Origin: Syntrophorhabdaceae bacterium | GTDB lineage: Bacteria; Desulfobacterota; Syntrophorhabdia; Syntrophorhabdales; Syntrophorhabdaceae | DNA length: 64,000 nt | Direction: 5' to 3' | Assembly: GCA_963665295.1 (NCBI GenBank) | Contig: OY762209.1 | Location: 992,001 to 1,056,000 of the forward strand | In this document: positions 19,040 to 29,276 of the stretch, piece after piece | Position numbering within the stretch: the first letter of the stretch is position 1 | Layout: every line of letters begins with the position of its first letter | Made by a program: the position numbers and the translations under genes | The notes under the pieces: generated by a model | What the model saw: the letters and a program-made list of their open reading frames with translations, nothing else | Databases searched by the model: none | Told to the model about the DNA's origin: nothing

Positions 19040-19963
19040 CTAGCGGTCCAGGAACTGAGCCATTTCGACCCTCACGGCCTCAATCTCCTCGGGATACCTG
19101 AACAGGTGCACGTCCTTCTCCTTTGCAAACCAGGTAAACTGCCTTTTCGCATAATGCCTTGTCTGTTTCTTAATATCTTCTACCATATCCTTATAGGGAA
19201 TTAAACCCTTGAGATAGAGGACGATTTCCCGGTAGCCGATGCCTGAGAAAGGCTTCGAGGTCTCGTCGTAACCCATGGATAAGAGGCCTTTTACCTCGTC
19301 CACCCATCCGGCTTCGAGCATTTCCTCCACCCGCCTGTTGATCCTCAGGTAAAGCTCCTCCCTTTCCCTGTCGAGGCCGATCTTGAGCACATTGTACCGC
19401 GCTTCCCGGAACCCGTGGGCCGCAACCAGCTCGGACATGGGCTTGCCCGTGAGAAGGAAAACCTCCTTTGCCCTTACCGCCCTCACTTTGTCCCGGAAGC
19501 TTATCTTCATGGCGTACCCGTGGTCGATGCGCTTCAGGTCTTCATAGAACGCCAGGGGGTCCTCGTCGTAGGCCTTTCTCAATGCTTCTCTCAACGCCCT
19601 GTCCGTGGGGGCTTCGAAGAGGCCGTAAGTGAGGGCCTTCAGATAAAGGCCCGTGCCGCCCACGAGGATGGGGACCATATTGCGCCCGAGGACCTCGTTG
19701 ATTGCCGCGTCCGCCCTCTCTTTGAACATGGCCGCGTTGAAATCCTCCCCGGGGCCCACGATGTCGATCAGGTGGTGGGGGCATTGCCCGAGGGTGGCGG
19801 CGTCAGGCTTCGCGGTGCCGATATTGAAGTGGGTGTAGACCTGCATGGAGTCGGCGTTTATGATCTCTCCGCCGAACCTTTCCGCCGCATCGAGGGCAAG
19901 AGCCGACTTCCCCGTACACGTGGGACCCACTATGGCTATGATTTTCTTATCGTTTGATAACAT
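19040..19963 (-). CDS. miaA: tRNA dimethylallyltransferase
   Basis: GPTCTGKS, INADSMQVY, IGTAKP, VGGTGLY, TRHYAKRQFTW; likely start ATG 19963. Confidence 0.96.
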   Translation of the reverse strand: MLSNDKKIIAIVGPTCTGKSALALDAAERFGGEIINADSMQVYTHFNIGTAKPDAATLGQCPHHLIDIVGPGEDFNAAMFKERADAAINEVLGRNMVPILVGGTGLYLKALTYGLFEAPTDRALREALRKAYDEDPLAFYEDLKRIDHGYAMKISFRDKVRAVRAKEVFLLTGKPMSELVAAHGFREARYNVLKIGLDREREELYLRINRRVEEMLEAGWVDEVKGLLSMGYDETSKPFSGIGYREIVLYLKGLIPYKDMVEDIKKQTRHYAKRQFTWFAKEKDVHLFRYPEEIEAVRVEMAQFLDR

Positions 19964-20002
19964 GGATGCATATAAAGTATAATATGCAGGCCATGTATTC
20001 AA
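19954..20002. promoter_or_regulatory. Overlapping divergent promoters for miaA and PBP1A
   Basis: Plus strand TTGATA-18-TATAAT (19978-19983); minus strand TTGAAT-17-TACTTT; TGCATAT/ATATGCA inverted repeat. Confidence 0.45.
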
Positions 20003-21864
20003 GGGTTATAAAGCTCACCATCATGCTCCTCCTCCTCCCTGCCATGTTCGGGGCGGGGTTCGGGTACGCCCTTGTCAACTACCTTGAAATCCCTGATGTA
20101 AAACAGCTTGAAAGCTACAAGCCGAAATCGGCCACCCGCCTCTACTCGGACGACGGCACCCTGTTTGCGGAGCTTTTTGTGGAGAAGCGTGTGCCCATAC
20201 CCATAACGGAGATGCCCTACAACCTGAAATATGCCTTTATCGCCATCGAGGATGTGAGGTTTTACAGCCATTTCGGCGTGGACGTAAGGGGCATAGGCAG
20301 GGCGGCGTTCAAGAACGTCTTGAAAGGAGGCTTGAGCGAAGGAGCCTCGACCATTACCCAGCAATTGGCCCGGAACCTCTACCTCAGCCAGCAGAAGACC
20401 TTCAAGAGAAAGATCGAGGAAGCGGTCCTGGCGATCCAGATAGAACGGTCCTATTCCAAGGACGAGATACTGAACATGTACCTCAACCTTATCTACCTGG
20501 GCGAGGGCGCCCACGGGGTTGAAGCGGCGGCCTACACCTATTTCCACAAGAGGGCGAAAGAGCTCACCCTGGAAGAGTGCGCCACCCTTGCGGCGCTCAC
20601 GAAATCGCCTTCAAGACTCTCCCCCTTCAAGGCGCCCGCGAAGGCCCTGGAACGGAGAAACATCGTCCTCTATAAGATGTATGACGCGGGGTTCATCCCG
20701 AAGACCTCCTATACGAAGGCGGTGAAGACGGCCCTCACCGTGGCCCCCTTAAGGATGTACGAGAAGAAGAACGGCTATTATATCGAATATGCGAAGCAGG
20801 TGCTCGAAGATTATGTGACGGAACCCCTCGAAGTCTACACCCGCGGCCTCAACGTGAAGACAACGGTAAACCTCAAGATGACCCAGTATGCCTACGAAGC
20901 GATCCAGAAAGGCATCGACGGGTACAGGAAGAGGAACCCGAACTCCACCGAGGTCCCCGAGGTCGCCCTTGTCGCCATCGAGGTGAAGACGGGCGAACTG
21001 AAGGTCCTTATCGGAGGCACCGATTTCTCCGTCTCGCCCTTTAACAGGGCCGTTCAGGCCAAGAGGCAGCCGGGGTCTTCCTTTAAGCCCATCATTTACG
21101 GCGCCGCCCTGGAAAAGGGCATGAAGCCCGACACCATGCTCCGGGATGCGCCTATATCCTTCACCAACCCTTACACCCACACAGTGTGGCACCCGAAGAA
21201 CTACAAGAATGAGTACCTCGGGGACGTCACCATGAGAAGGGCCCTGGAGAATTCCCTCAACACGGCAACGGTGCGCCTCCTTGAGAGGACCGGCATAGAC
21301 AACGTAATCGACCTTGCGAAAAGGCTCCACATCGACGCCAACTTCCAGCCCAACCTCTCCCTCGCCCTCGGGACCACGGAGATCGCTCCTCTCGACCTCG
21401 CCAATGCATATGCGGCCTTTGCGAGAGGCGGAGTCTACATGCCCCCGGTGGCGGTGAAGAACGTGACCACCACCGAAGGTGAGGAGAAATTCGCCGAAGA
21501 GGTCCACGGCGAGACGGTAGTCCCCCCGGCCGTGGCATACGCCCTGGTGGACATCATGAAAGGCGTGATCAAGAGGGGCACGGGCAGGTCCGCGGCGGGC
21601 ATGCCTTACATGCTTGCGGGCAAGACAGGGACCACGGATGAGTTCCGGGACGCCTGGTTCATCGGTTTTTCTCCCAATCTCCTCTGTGCGGTATGGGTCG
21701 GATTCGACAAGAGGGCCTATCTCGGGAACAAGGAAACAGGCGGGACCGCGGCGCTTCCCATCTGGATCGACTTCATGTCGAAGGCCCTGCCCTCGTATCC
21801 CAATGACGATTTCTCATTCCTGCCCGAAGAGGCCAAAGGGGGTTCAAACGGGGAAACGCCCTGA
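19993..21864 (+). CDS. Penicillin-binding protein 1A family (transglycosylase-transpeptidase)
   Basis: EDVRFYSHFG, GASTITQQ, RKIEE; SSFK, SLN and KTG motifs. Start is 19984 or 19993. Confidence 0.93.
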   Translation: MYSRVIKLTIMLLLLPAMFGAGFGYALVNYLEIPDVKQLESYKPKSATRLYSDDGTLFAELFVEKRVPIPITEMPYNLKYAFIAIEDVRFYSHFGVDVRGIGRAAFKNVLKGGLSEGASTITQQLARNLYLSQQKTFKRKIEEAVLAIQIERSYSKDEILNMYLNLIYLGEGAHGVEAAAYTYFHKRAKELTLEECATLAALTKSPSRLSPFKAPAKALERRNIVLYKMYDAGFIPKTSYTKAVKTALTVAPLRMYEKKNGYYIEYAKQVLEDYVTEPLEVYTRGLNVKTTVNLKMTQYAYEAIQKGIDGYRKRNPNSTEVPEVALVAIEVKTGELKVLIGGTDFSVSPFNRAVQAKRQPGSSFKPIIYGAALEKGMKPDTMLRDAPISFTNPYTHTVWHPKNYKNEYLGDVTMRRALENSLNTATVRLLERTGIDNVIDLAKRLHIDANFQPNLSLALGTTEIAPLDLANAYAAFARGGVYMPPVAVKNVTTTEGEEKFAEEVHGETVVPPAVAYALVDIMKGVIKRGTGRSAAGMPYMLAGKTGTTDEFRDAWFIGFSPNLLCAVWVGFDKRAYLGNKETGGTAALPIWIDFMSKALPSYPNDDFSFLPEEAKGGSNGETP

Positions 21865-21953
21865 TCATGGGGTCGCCGCGCCGCGCCGGCCCATATGCCT
21901 GATATGCCCCGGATTCGTTTCCGCGCCGGCCGGAGCCCGGCTTCCGGCCTGTA

Positions 21954-21981
21954 TTGACAAATACCTGAAACTCGTTATACT
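21954..21981 (+). promoter_or_regulatory. Sigma70-type promoter of gspG
   Basis: TTGACA-16 nt-TATACT upstream of a GGAGG SD. Confidence 0.5.
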
Positions 21982-22005
21982 TATTCAGAACGGAGGGCTA
22001 TTATT

Positions 22006-22434
22006 ATGCGCTTAAGGCAACTCAAACGGTCCGACAGGCGGGGCTTCACCCTCGTCGAACTCCTCGTCGTTATGGTGATCATAGGTCTTCTCGCCGCCCT
22101 GGTGGGACCGAAACTCTTCCCGAAACTCGGAAAAGGCAAACAATCCGCGGCAAAGGCGCAAATCGAACTGCTCGGTCAGGCCCTGGACCAGTTCCGTCTC
22201 GACGTGGGCAGATACCCCACCACACAGGAAGGTCTCGCGGCCCTGGTCACGAACCCCGGAATAGATAACTGGGATGGGCCATACCTGAAGAAGGCGCTGC
22301 CCAGTGACCCCTGGGGGAAACCCTATAATTATCAGTGTCCCGGCACCCACGGCGAGTTCGATATATTTTCCTACGGAAGGGATGGCGCCGCCGGCGGAGA
22401 AGGCGAGGACAAGGACGTGGCGAGTTGGGAATAA
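22006..22434 (+). CDS. gspG: Type II secretion major pseudopilin GspG
   Basis: Prepilin motif RGFTLVELLVV; GRYPTT, WDGPYL, DPWG, SYGRDG. Confidence 0.95.
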   Translation: MRLRQLKRSDRRGFTLVELLVVMVIIGLLAALVGPKLFPKLGKGKQSAAKAQIELLGQALDQFRLDVGRYPTTQEGLAALVTNPGIDNWDGPYLKKALPSDPWGKPYNYQCPGTHGEFDIFSYGRDGAAGGEGEDKDVASWE

Positions 22435-22500
22435 TGACGCCCCTGCTGCGCCGAGGGGCATAGCCTGCCATTGTGACGGAAAAAGACCATCTCACGCTTG

Positions 22501-22527
22501 AGGACCCCGGATGCCCGGGGTCCTTTA
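22501..22527 (+). terminator. GC-rich hairpin after gspG
   Basis: AGGACCCCGG-ATGC-CCGGGGTCCT perfect stem with a short T tail. Confidence 0.5.
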
Positions 22528-22564
22528 CCGCAATTGACATACTCGAAGGGATGCATTATTGTAA

Positions 22565-25093
22565 TTGTACGTACTGGGGGTTCGTCTGCGAAGGTTGAGG
22601 TTCATCGCTGTTTGTTGTGCAATCGCTGTAGGGGCGGGAATAATCATGGCCCCCTGCGGCATCGGTGCGGCCGAATCAGCGCCGGACCGGGGGGCGTCCG
22701 TCGCACCCGCGCAAAGCCAAACCTCCCCTACCCAGCCCGCGCCGCAGGGCGCGACCGCCGCCCAGGTGAACAGCGAAAAGACTGCGCCCCCTTCACCCGC
22801 AGCGCCGACTCCGGCAGCACCGGTTAAACAAACCGCAGCGCCTAAGCCCGAGGCGGCTCAGCCCGCAAAACCCATAGTTTCCCCGGCAGACCAGGCACAG
22901 GGCGCCCAGGCACCCGTAGTGAAGCCCCCTCAGACGGCAGCGCCCGCCCAGGTTTCACCCCAGGTACCTCCCCCGGGACCGACCCCGGCAGGACAAGCTT
23001 TTCCCGGAAGACAGGCCCCCATGAGGCCCGCCCCTTCCCAGGCAGCGCCCGGTGTGCAGGGACCGGCCGGCCAGATCAGGGGCCCGCAGCCCCCTATGCC
23101 CGCAGGAACCCCGTCCCCTATGCCCGCACCGAGAAGACCGGCCCCGATCGGAGGAGGCGGCGGCATGATCAGCCTTAACTTCGATGACGCCGACGTGTTT
23201 TCCGTAATCCAGACCATCTTCGGCGATATACTCCGGGTCAATTACGTGGTTGATCCCCGCATCAAAGGACGGGTTACCTTCAGGTCCGTCGCGCCCATAA
23301 GCAAGGACCAGGTCCTTCCCGTTATGGAAGTCATCCTGAGGCTCAATGCCATAGGAATCGTGGAAGATAACAGCCTCTACAGGATAGTGCCCCTCGCCGA
23401 AGTATCGAGAGAGCCGTCTCCTGTCTCCTTCGGGCGGGACGCGTCCGCCATACCCGTAACAGGCAAGTCGATGATCCAGGTGGTGCCCGTGGTCTACCTC
23501 CAGTCCACGGAGGTGGTGAAGCTCATTACGCCTTTCCTGTCGGCAAACGCGGTGGTCCTCGATGTGCCGAAGAGCAACCAGATCATCGTCGTCGATACGG
23601 ACGCGAGCGTAAGAAGGGTGCTCCAGCTCATCGAAACCTTCGACAACGAAAAACAGAAAAAGAAGAGGGCAACCGTATATGTATATCCCGTTCAGAACGG
23701 GAAAGCGAAGGATATTGCAAACCTCCTGAACCAGATATTCCTCGGCGCCAGGCCCGGAATGACCGGGGCCCTGGGGACGACGGGGCAGATGGGGATGTCG
23801 GGATTGTCGGCCGGCGGGTTAGGCGCCTCGACAGCGGGGAGACCGGGCAGCACCCCCACGCCGACCCCTGCCATGTCATCGGGCTCCAGCCTGCCCACCC
23901 AGTCCATGGTCCAGCCCATGCAGACGGGGTATGGGGTACAGGGCGTGGGCGGGGAAAGGCTCGTCTCCGAGATAACACGAATATTCTTTGACGACATCAT
24001 AAATTCCATCATCGTCCTCGCCACACCCGAAGACTATGAAACGATTAAAGAGACCATAGCAAAGATAGACGTGGTGCCGAGACAGGTCGTGATCGAAGGC
24101 GTGATCGCCCAGATATCGATGCAGGACGAACTCAGCCTGGGCCTCGCCTATTCCATGAACCTCCAGTTCAAGGTCGGGGGCGGGAGCATCGGCGGGCCCA
24201 TCGGCCTTAACCAGGCGACGCTGCAAGGCCTGGATGCAACCAAACAGTCGGGAACGGGGTTCAGCTTTGTGGGCGTGGACAGCAACGGGCTGGTGAGGGC
24301 CTACATCAATGCCCTTGCCACCGAATCAAAGGCAAAGCTCCTCGCGGCCCCCCACGTGCTGGTGACGGACAACCGCGAAGCGCGGATACAGGTTGGTCAG
24401 CAGGTCCCCATCCTCACCTCCGAGACCTACGGCTCGTCAACGGTTGCGCCGCAGAGAACGATCCAGTACAAAGACATCGGCATCATCCTCAAGGTAAAGC
24501 CCCAGATCAATGCGAGCGGCCTCGTGGCCCTCGAGATGTCCCAGGAAGTCTCCACCTACGAGACTATTACCCTTTTCGCGAACGAAACCCAGATCATCCT
24601 CGACAAGACCGAGGCGTCGTCAAGCCTCGTGGTTCAGGACGGCCAGACGATCATCATAGGCGGCCTTATCAGGGAAGATCTCACCTCATCGGGTTCGGGC
24701 ATCCCGTTTCTCCGGAGCATTCCCATCCTCGGGTACCTCTTCGGGAATGTCAACAAGAAGAAGAACCGCGTGGAGATCATCATCCTTCTCACCCCCCACG
24801 TGATCAAGAACCAGAGGGAAGCGGCAGGCATAACCGGCGAATATGTCGATAACATTACGGGGAAAGAAAGCTCGAAGGGCGGCTTGAAGAAAGACGAACT
24901 GCTGAAGGGCGGCGTCCAGGTGAAAAAGGGCCTCCGGGAGCCCACCGGACCTGAAATGCCTTACAACGATAACCTTCCGCCTGACATAATTGTTCCCCTT
25001 CCCGGCGTCCTTCCCGAACCGGGAAGCGGGGTCACCATACCCGCGAGTCCAGGGTTCATAGGCGGCCCGCTGAGGGTCCCGGCCAACCCGTAA
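22565..25093 (+). CDS. gspD: Type II secretion secretin GspD with Pro/Ala/Gln-rich N-terminus
   Basis: ISLNFDDAD N0 domain, IDVVPRQVVIE, DNREARIQVGQQVP, DGQTIIIGGLI, IPFLRSIPILGYLF; start uncertain. Confidence 0.9.
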   Translation: MYVLGVRLRRLRFIAVCCAIAVGAGIIMAPCGIGAAESAPDRGASVAPAQSQTSPTQPAPQGATAAQVNSEKTAPPSPAAPTPAAPVKQTAAPKPEAAQPAKPIVSPADQAQGAQAPVVKPPQTAAPAQVSPQVPPPGPTPAGQAFPGRQAPMRPAPSQAAPGVQGPAGQIRGPQPPMPAGTPSPMPAPRRPAPIGGGGGMISLNFDDADVFSVIQTIFGDILRVNYVVDPRIKGRVTFRSVAPISKDQVLPVMEVILRLNAIGIVEDNSLYRIVPLAEVSREPSPVSFGRDASAIPVTGKSMIQVVPVVYLQSTEVVKLITPFLSANAVVLDVPKSNQIIVVDTDASVRRVLQLIETFDNEKQKKKRATVYVYPVQNGKAKDIANLLNQIFLGARPGMTGALGTTGQMGMSGLSAGGLGASTAGRPGSTPTPTPAMSSGSSLPTQSMVQPMQTGYGVQGVGGERLVSEITRIFFDDIINSIIVLATPEDYETIKETIAKIDVVPRQVVIEGVIAQISMQDELSLGLAYSMNLQFKVGGGSIGGPIGLNQATLQGLDATKQSGTGFSFVGVDSNGLVRAYINALATESKAKLLAAPHVLVTDNREARIQVGQQVPILTSETYGSSTVAPQRTIQYKDIGIILKVKPQINASGLVALEMSQEVSTYETITLFANETQIILDKTEASSSLVVQDGQTIIIGGLIREDLTSSGSGIPFLRSIPILGYLFGNVNKKKNRVEIIILLTPHVIKNQREAAGITGEYVDNITGKESSKGGLKKDELLKGGVQVKKGLREPTGPEMPYNDNLPPDIIVPLPGVLPEPGSGVTIPASPGFIGGPLRVPANP

Positions 25094-25126
25094 CCGCGTT
25101 ACCCCGTGAGGCCCGGCCCGCGGCGG

Positions 25127-26308
25127 CTAAAAATCCTCATAAAGCTCCCCGAACCTTATGCCCGCCACGGTCTTCTCTCTGTATTCTTCAAGGAATTTCT
25201 TCTTCGCCTCGTGGAGGTACTTCGAGTTAACCCCGTTCTCGACGGCGGTGTACGCTTCCACAAAGGCCCCGAGATCGTCGGCGGCCTTCACGATCGCGCC
25301 GTCCCTCGGGTTGTACCCGTCTGCATTGTATTCGGCCGAGATCACATCGGACGTGGTCCCGAGGACCCGGCCGTCCACCGTCACCCTGCTCGAAAACTCG
25401 TCATCCGTGAACATCCGCATCTCTTCATGCCACCCGGAAGGTATGAGGTTGTAGACCTCGAGCTCCATCTGCTCCCGCTCATAGCTCTTTATCAGTTCCT
25501 CAAGCCCCTCTATGGACCGTTTTACCGGGGAGATGATGTCCCTCGTGAGCACCTCCGGCAGATCGTGGAACAATCCGGTGAAATAATTATTCGCGCATCT
25601 TTTGGGGCAGGCGTCGATCTCCTTTGAAAAGAGGTAGGACAGGAGGGCCACCACAAGCATATGACCCAAGACCGCGGTGCGGGGGATCATATTCACGTGA
25701 CCCCACCTCAACTGGAACCTCAACTGACCGCAAAGGTCGATGAAATTCCTGTACTTTTCCCGTAGGGCAAGCTGCTGGATCCCCGTGAGGTCGTAATATC
25801 CCTCCTGTTTTTCCCTGAGAAGGCGCTTTATCCGTTGTATCTCATGCCCTTCGGGGTTGGCCCGTTCAATGATGTTGAATTCCCACTGGGTAGCGTAGAA
25901 ATGGGCGGCGCTCAATATCCTCTTGTTGATGGTGTCGTCCCTTTGAGCAAAATAACCCCTGAACCTCTCGTTCAGTTGCTCTCCCAGGGGCGAGAGGGTC
26001 GGCTCCAGACGCGCGAACACCCATTCGTTGAGCCGGTCGTACTTGACGCGGTCTTCCCTGATCCTGTCGAAGACCTGGGGCTTCAGGTCCGTAATGACGA
26101 GGCGCTGGAGAAACTCGAAAAGCCCCCCTTCTATTACCTCCTGCCAGTCGAACCCGTCCCTCCCTTCCTCGAATTTCCCGAGGAAGTAAGCGATGATCAT
26201 CTTGTGGGCCTGCTTGTCGAGCTCTCTCAGCTCCACGGGGCGGATCTTGTCGTTCCACCTCTGCATGCTCGCCGCATCCTGTATCTTCAGTATGAATGCT
26301 TTTCTCAT
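25127..26308 (-). CDS. HD-domain phosphohydrolase (tandem YfbR-like)
   Basis: MQRWND, AVLGHML, LFHDLPEVLTRDIISPVK, KAADDL. Confidence 0.8.
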   Translation of the reverse strand: MRKAFILKIQDAASMQRWNDKIRPVELRELDKQAHKMIIAYFLGKFEEGRDGFDWQEVIEGGLFEFLQRLVITDLKPQVFDRIREDRVKYDRLNEWVFARLEPTLSPLGEQLNERFRGYFAQRDDTINKRILSAAHFYATQWEFNIIERANPEGHEIQRIKRLLREKQEGYYDLTGIQQLALREKYRNFIDLCGQLRFQLRWGHVNMIPRTAVLGHMLVVALLSYLFSKEIDACPKRCANNYFTGLFHDLPEVLTRDIISPVKRSIEGLEELIKSYEREQMELEVYNLIPSGWHEEMRMFTDDEFSSRVTVDGRVLGTTSDVISAEYNADGYNPRDGAIVKAADDLGAFVEAYTAVENGVNSKYLHEAKKKFLEEYREKTVAGIRFGELYEDF

Positions 26309-26588
26309 GGATATCTTATACCAGCCCCGCCCTTAACATTCAAGCTCTGTATCGCGCCCCGTTTCTCGTCTTACGTGTTGCCTCCCGTGCGGTTTCTTCC
26401 GTTGCCGCCGGTCCGAATACAAAGTATTTTCCTCGGAGGGGAATGCTTGAGTTCCCAGACTTAGATCTCCCCATGTCTGATATGCAATTTTGATTCTTGG
26501 ATCGCAGTAGACTCAACTGAGAAATTTGTTGACATTTGTCTGATAAAATACAAGAATAGGATTGATCCAATACAAAGATGCCCAGAGG

Positions 26589-27566
26589 ATGAATCAGATG
26601 GAGAAAATGCCCCGGTCTGCAATCTTGCTACTTCTTACCCTTCCTTTCGTATTCCTGACAGGATGCGCCACGGTTCACAACCCGGACATACAGGTCGTTC
26701 CGACGGAAAAACCCCACGTGAGCAAAACAGTTGCTGCTGAACAGCCCGGCAAGAAATATCTCAAGAGAAAAGTGGCTATAGCCCGGTTTTCAAATGAGAC
26801 AGTTTATGGGCAAGGATTTTGGGTGGACGAAAACAAAGACCGCATCGGTAAACAGGCCTCGGACATCCTGTCGGCAAAGCTGGCGACAACGGAAAGGTTC
26901 ATACTGCTGGAACGAAGCGACATCGACAAAATATACAAAGAGTTGCAGCTGAATAACCTGTCGAGTCTCAACATTCCGGCGGATTACCTGATCGTCGGTT
27001 CCGTTTCTGAATTCGGCCGAAGCACCGTGAGCGATGTGGGAGTCTTCAGCCGCGTGAAGAAGCAACAGGCCCGGGCGAAGGTAAACATACGCCTTGTCGA
27101 GGTGGCGACGGGGCGGATCGTGTATTCGGAGGAAGGGGAAGGGGAGGCATTCTCCGAGGCAGGGTCCATGATGGGCGTGGGCGGTCGTGCGGGGTACGAT
27201 TCAACTCTCAATGACAAGGCAATAGGGGCCGCTATCTCGAAACTTGTAAGTAATGTCATAGAGAACCTGCTCCACAATCCGTGGCGATCATACATTCTCG
27301 CCTACGAGAATGACAGTTACATTATTGCCGGCGGAAAATCGCAGGGTATAAACATCAACGATACCTTTGGGATCTACAAAAGGGGCAAATCAATCCGGAA
27401 TCCGCAAACCGGGATGATGATCGAACTTCCGGCCCAGTTGATGGGAAATATCAGGGTTGCCTCGTTGGCCGGGACCGATCCCAACAACGAGATCAGTGTC
27501 TGTGTCGTCGAGTCGGGAAGCGCACCCAAGGCAAATTTTGAAGAATATTTCGTTCAGGAGCGGTGA
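26589..27566 (+). CDS. CsgG/HfaB-like lipoprotein
   Basis: Lipobox LTGC; LKRKVAIARFSNET, RFILLERSD, ADYLIVGSVSEFGR; start approximate. Confidence 0.75.
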   Translation: MNQMEKMPRSAILLLLTLPFVFLTGCATVHNPDIQVVPTEKPHVSKTVAAEQPGKKYLKRKVAIARFSNETVYGQGFWVDENKDRIGKQASDILSAKLATTERFILLERSDIDKIYKELQLNNLSSLNIPADYLIVGSVSEFGRSTVSDVGVFSRVKKQQARAKVNIRLVEVATGRIVYSEEGEGEAFSEAGSMMGVGGRAGYDSTLNDKAIGAAISKLVSNVIENLLHNPWRSYILAYENDSYIIAGGKSQGININDTFGIYKRGKSIRNPQTGMMIELPAQLMGNIRVASLAGTDPNNEISVCVVESGSAPKANFEEYFVQER

Positions 27567-27582
27567 ACCGGAAGCGGGAGAT

Positions 27583-27891
27583 ATGATGAAGAAATTTTGT
27601 TTGCTTATTTGTTGCACAATGTTGTTATGTTCATGTGGCTACCAGACGGGGGTGGTTCAAAAAGCAGACAAAGCGTACCTCCGGTTTTCCGGCATATGGG
27701 AGCGCTACGAGATTACGGTCAGGGTCGACGAAAGGGAGCCTTTTCAGCTGAAACCTTCCGACGCCGACGACACACTGTTCGAGATAACGTCAGGCAAACA
27801 TTTGATCAAGGTGTCCAGGAACGACAAAATCGTCGTGGACCGTGTTGTTTTTCTGGAAGGTCAGACAACGTTCGAGGTGAAAATCCCATGA
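27583..27891 (+). CDS. Small lipoprotein of unknown function
   Basis: MMKKFCLLICCTMLLCSC signal/lipobox; beta-rich; overlaps the next gene (ATGA). Confidence 0.7.
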   Translation: MMKKFCLLICCTMLLCSCGYQTGVVQKADKAYLRFSGIWERYEITVRVDEREPFQLKPSDADDTLFEITSGKHLIKVSRNDKIVVDRVVFLEGQTTFEVKIP

Positions 27892-28334
27892 AAAGGCATA
27901 TCACGCTAATTATACTCCTATTATCGGTGTCGCTTGGCGGATGCGCGACCCAGAACAGGCCGCAATATATATGGAAGGATTATTCAGCTTCTCTCTATAC
28001 CGTAAAGAAGAACCCCTCCGACGAAAGTCTGAAAACTCACAAGGACCTTCTCCTTTCCATTATAGAGGAGTCGAAGAGCACGAACTACAGGGTGCCGCCC
28101 GGCGTTTATTGCGAATACGGCTACATTTTGATGAAGGAAGGGAAGAAGGAAGAGGCCCTAGTATATTTTGACCTGGAGGAAAAAACCTATCCGGAATCGA
28201 GGGTGTTCATCCAAAACCTGAAAAAATATCAAAAGAAAGGTGCCTCAAAGGAAAACGACGGGGGGGTCACAGACACGAAGGGGAGTAAGGATAAGCCGTC
28301 GGACACAGATAGCAGGAAAGAGGGGGACACGTGA
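27888..28334 (+). CDS. DUF4810-like lipoprotein
   Basis: Lipobox LGGC; YIWKDY, VPPGVYCEYG, EEKTYPES. Confidence 0.75.
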   Translation: MKRHITLIILLLSVSLGGCATQNRPQYIWKDYSASLYTVKKNPSDESLKTHKDLLLSIIEESKSTNYRVPPGVYCEYGYILMKEGKKEEALVYFDLEEKTYPESRVFIQNLKKYQKKGASKENDGGVTDTKGSKDKPSDTDSRKEGDT

Positions 28335-29020
28335 AAAGAGATGTAGGATTCATCTTTCTATTTGTCATGGTCATGCTGATAAGCGCGTGCGCTCCGGCCA
28401 AGGTTGCAAAAAAAACTGCCTTCCCCGAGATGTATAGCGAGCGCCCCCACTCCATCCTGGTTTTACCCCCTATCAACGAGACCACGGCGGCAGAAGCCAG
28501 AGAATACTACCTCACCACGGTCGCGGAGCCGGTATCTTACGCGGGCTATTATGTCTTCCCCATAGAAGTGACTAACGACATCCTGTCAACGGTGGGTCTG
28601 CACGACACAGAAATGATAGACGACTCACAGCTTGGAAAATTCAAAGAGTTCTTCGGCGCAGATGCGGTTCTCTATGTGAGAATCGTGAAGTGGAACACGA
28701 GCTATGCCGTTTTGGCTGCCAATGTCTCTGTAGGAGTAGAGTGCGTACTTAAATCCACCACAACCCACAAGGCTTTGTGGCGATACAAGGGCACCGTTGT
28801 GGTTGATACATCCGGCGGCTCAAGCGGCGGGGGAATCGCGGGCTTGATTGCCAAAGCCATAGTAACCGCCATTGCCACCGCTTCGACGGACTATGTCCCG
28901 ATTGCCCGCAGGGTCAATTACATGGTCGTCGGGAGCATGCCTTATGGAAAATATCATCCGGGCTTTGACACAGACGGAGAGATAGAAATAATCCAGGGCA
29001 ATATGTATGGTTTCAAATAG
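28331..29020 (+). CDS. DUF799 (GNA1162-like) lipoprotein
   Basis: Lipobox ISAC; PHSILVLPPINET, GYYVFP, FGADAVLY, PYGKYHP. Confidence 0.8.
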   Translation: MKRDVGFIFLFVMVMLISACAPAKVAKKTAFPEMYSERPHSILVLPPINETTAAEAREYYLTTVAEPVSYAGYYVFPIEVTNDILSTVGLHDTEMIDDSQLGKFKEFFGADAVLYVRIVKWNTSYAVLAANVSVGVECVLKSTTTHKALWRYKGTVVVDTSGGSSGGGIAGLIAKAIVTAIATASTDYVPIARRVNYMVVGSMPYGKYHPGFDTDGEIEIIQGNMYGFK

Positions 29021-29276
29021 CAGAGGTATATTATGTCTTCAGTGAGTATGGCGTTTCATTCTTAAATATCCCCATACCTGTACAGCTCTAATTTCAGGAT
29101 CGCATGTCTCCCTTGCATCTTGACACGGACATACCAAGTTCTCAGGTTCGCAAGAAAAGGTCGTGAGAGTTCCGACGGCGGCTTTTTCCCCTTTATTGAT
29201 CCGGAGAATCTGAATTTAATGGCAATAAACGTGCCTTTTATGTTATACAAAGGATCGGAGGTCGTTGAGATAACAC

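Noticed and set aside
29021..29276. T-box leader upstream of glyQ
   Set aside because: No T-box consensus (AAGGTGGNACC-like) seen; only a weak hairpin.
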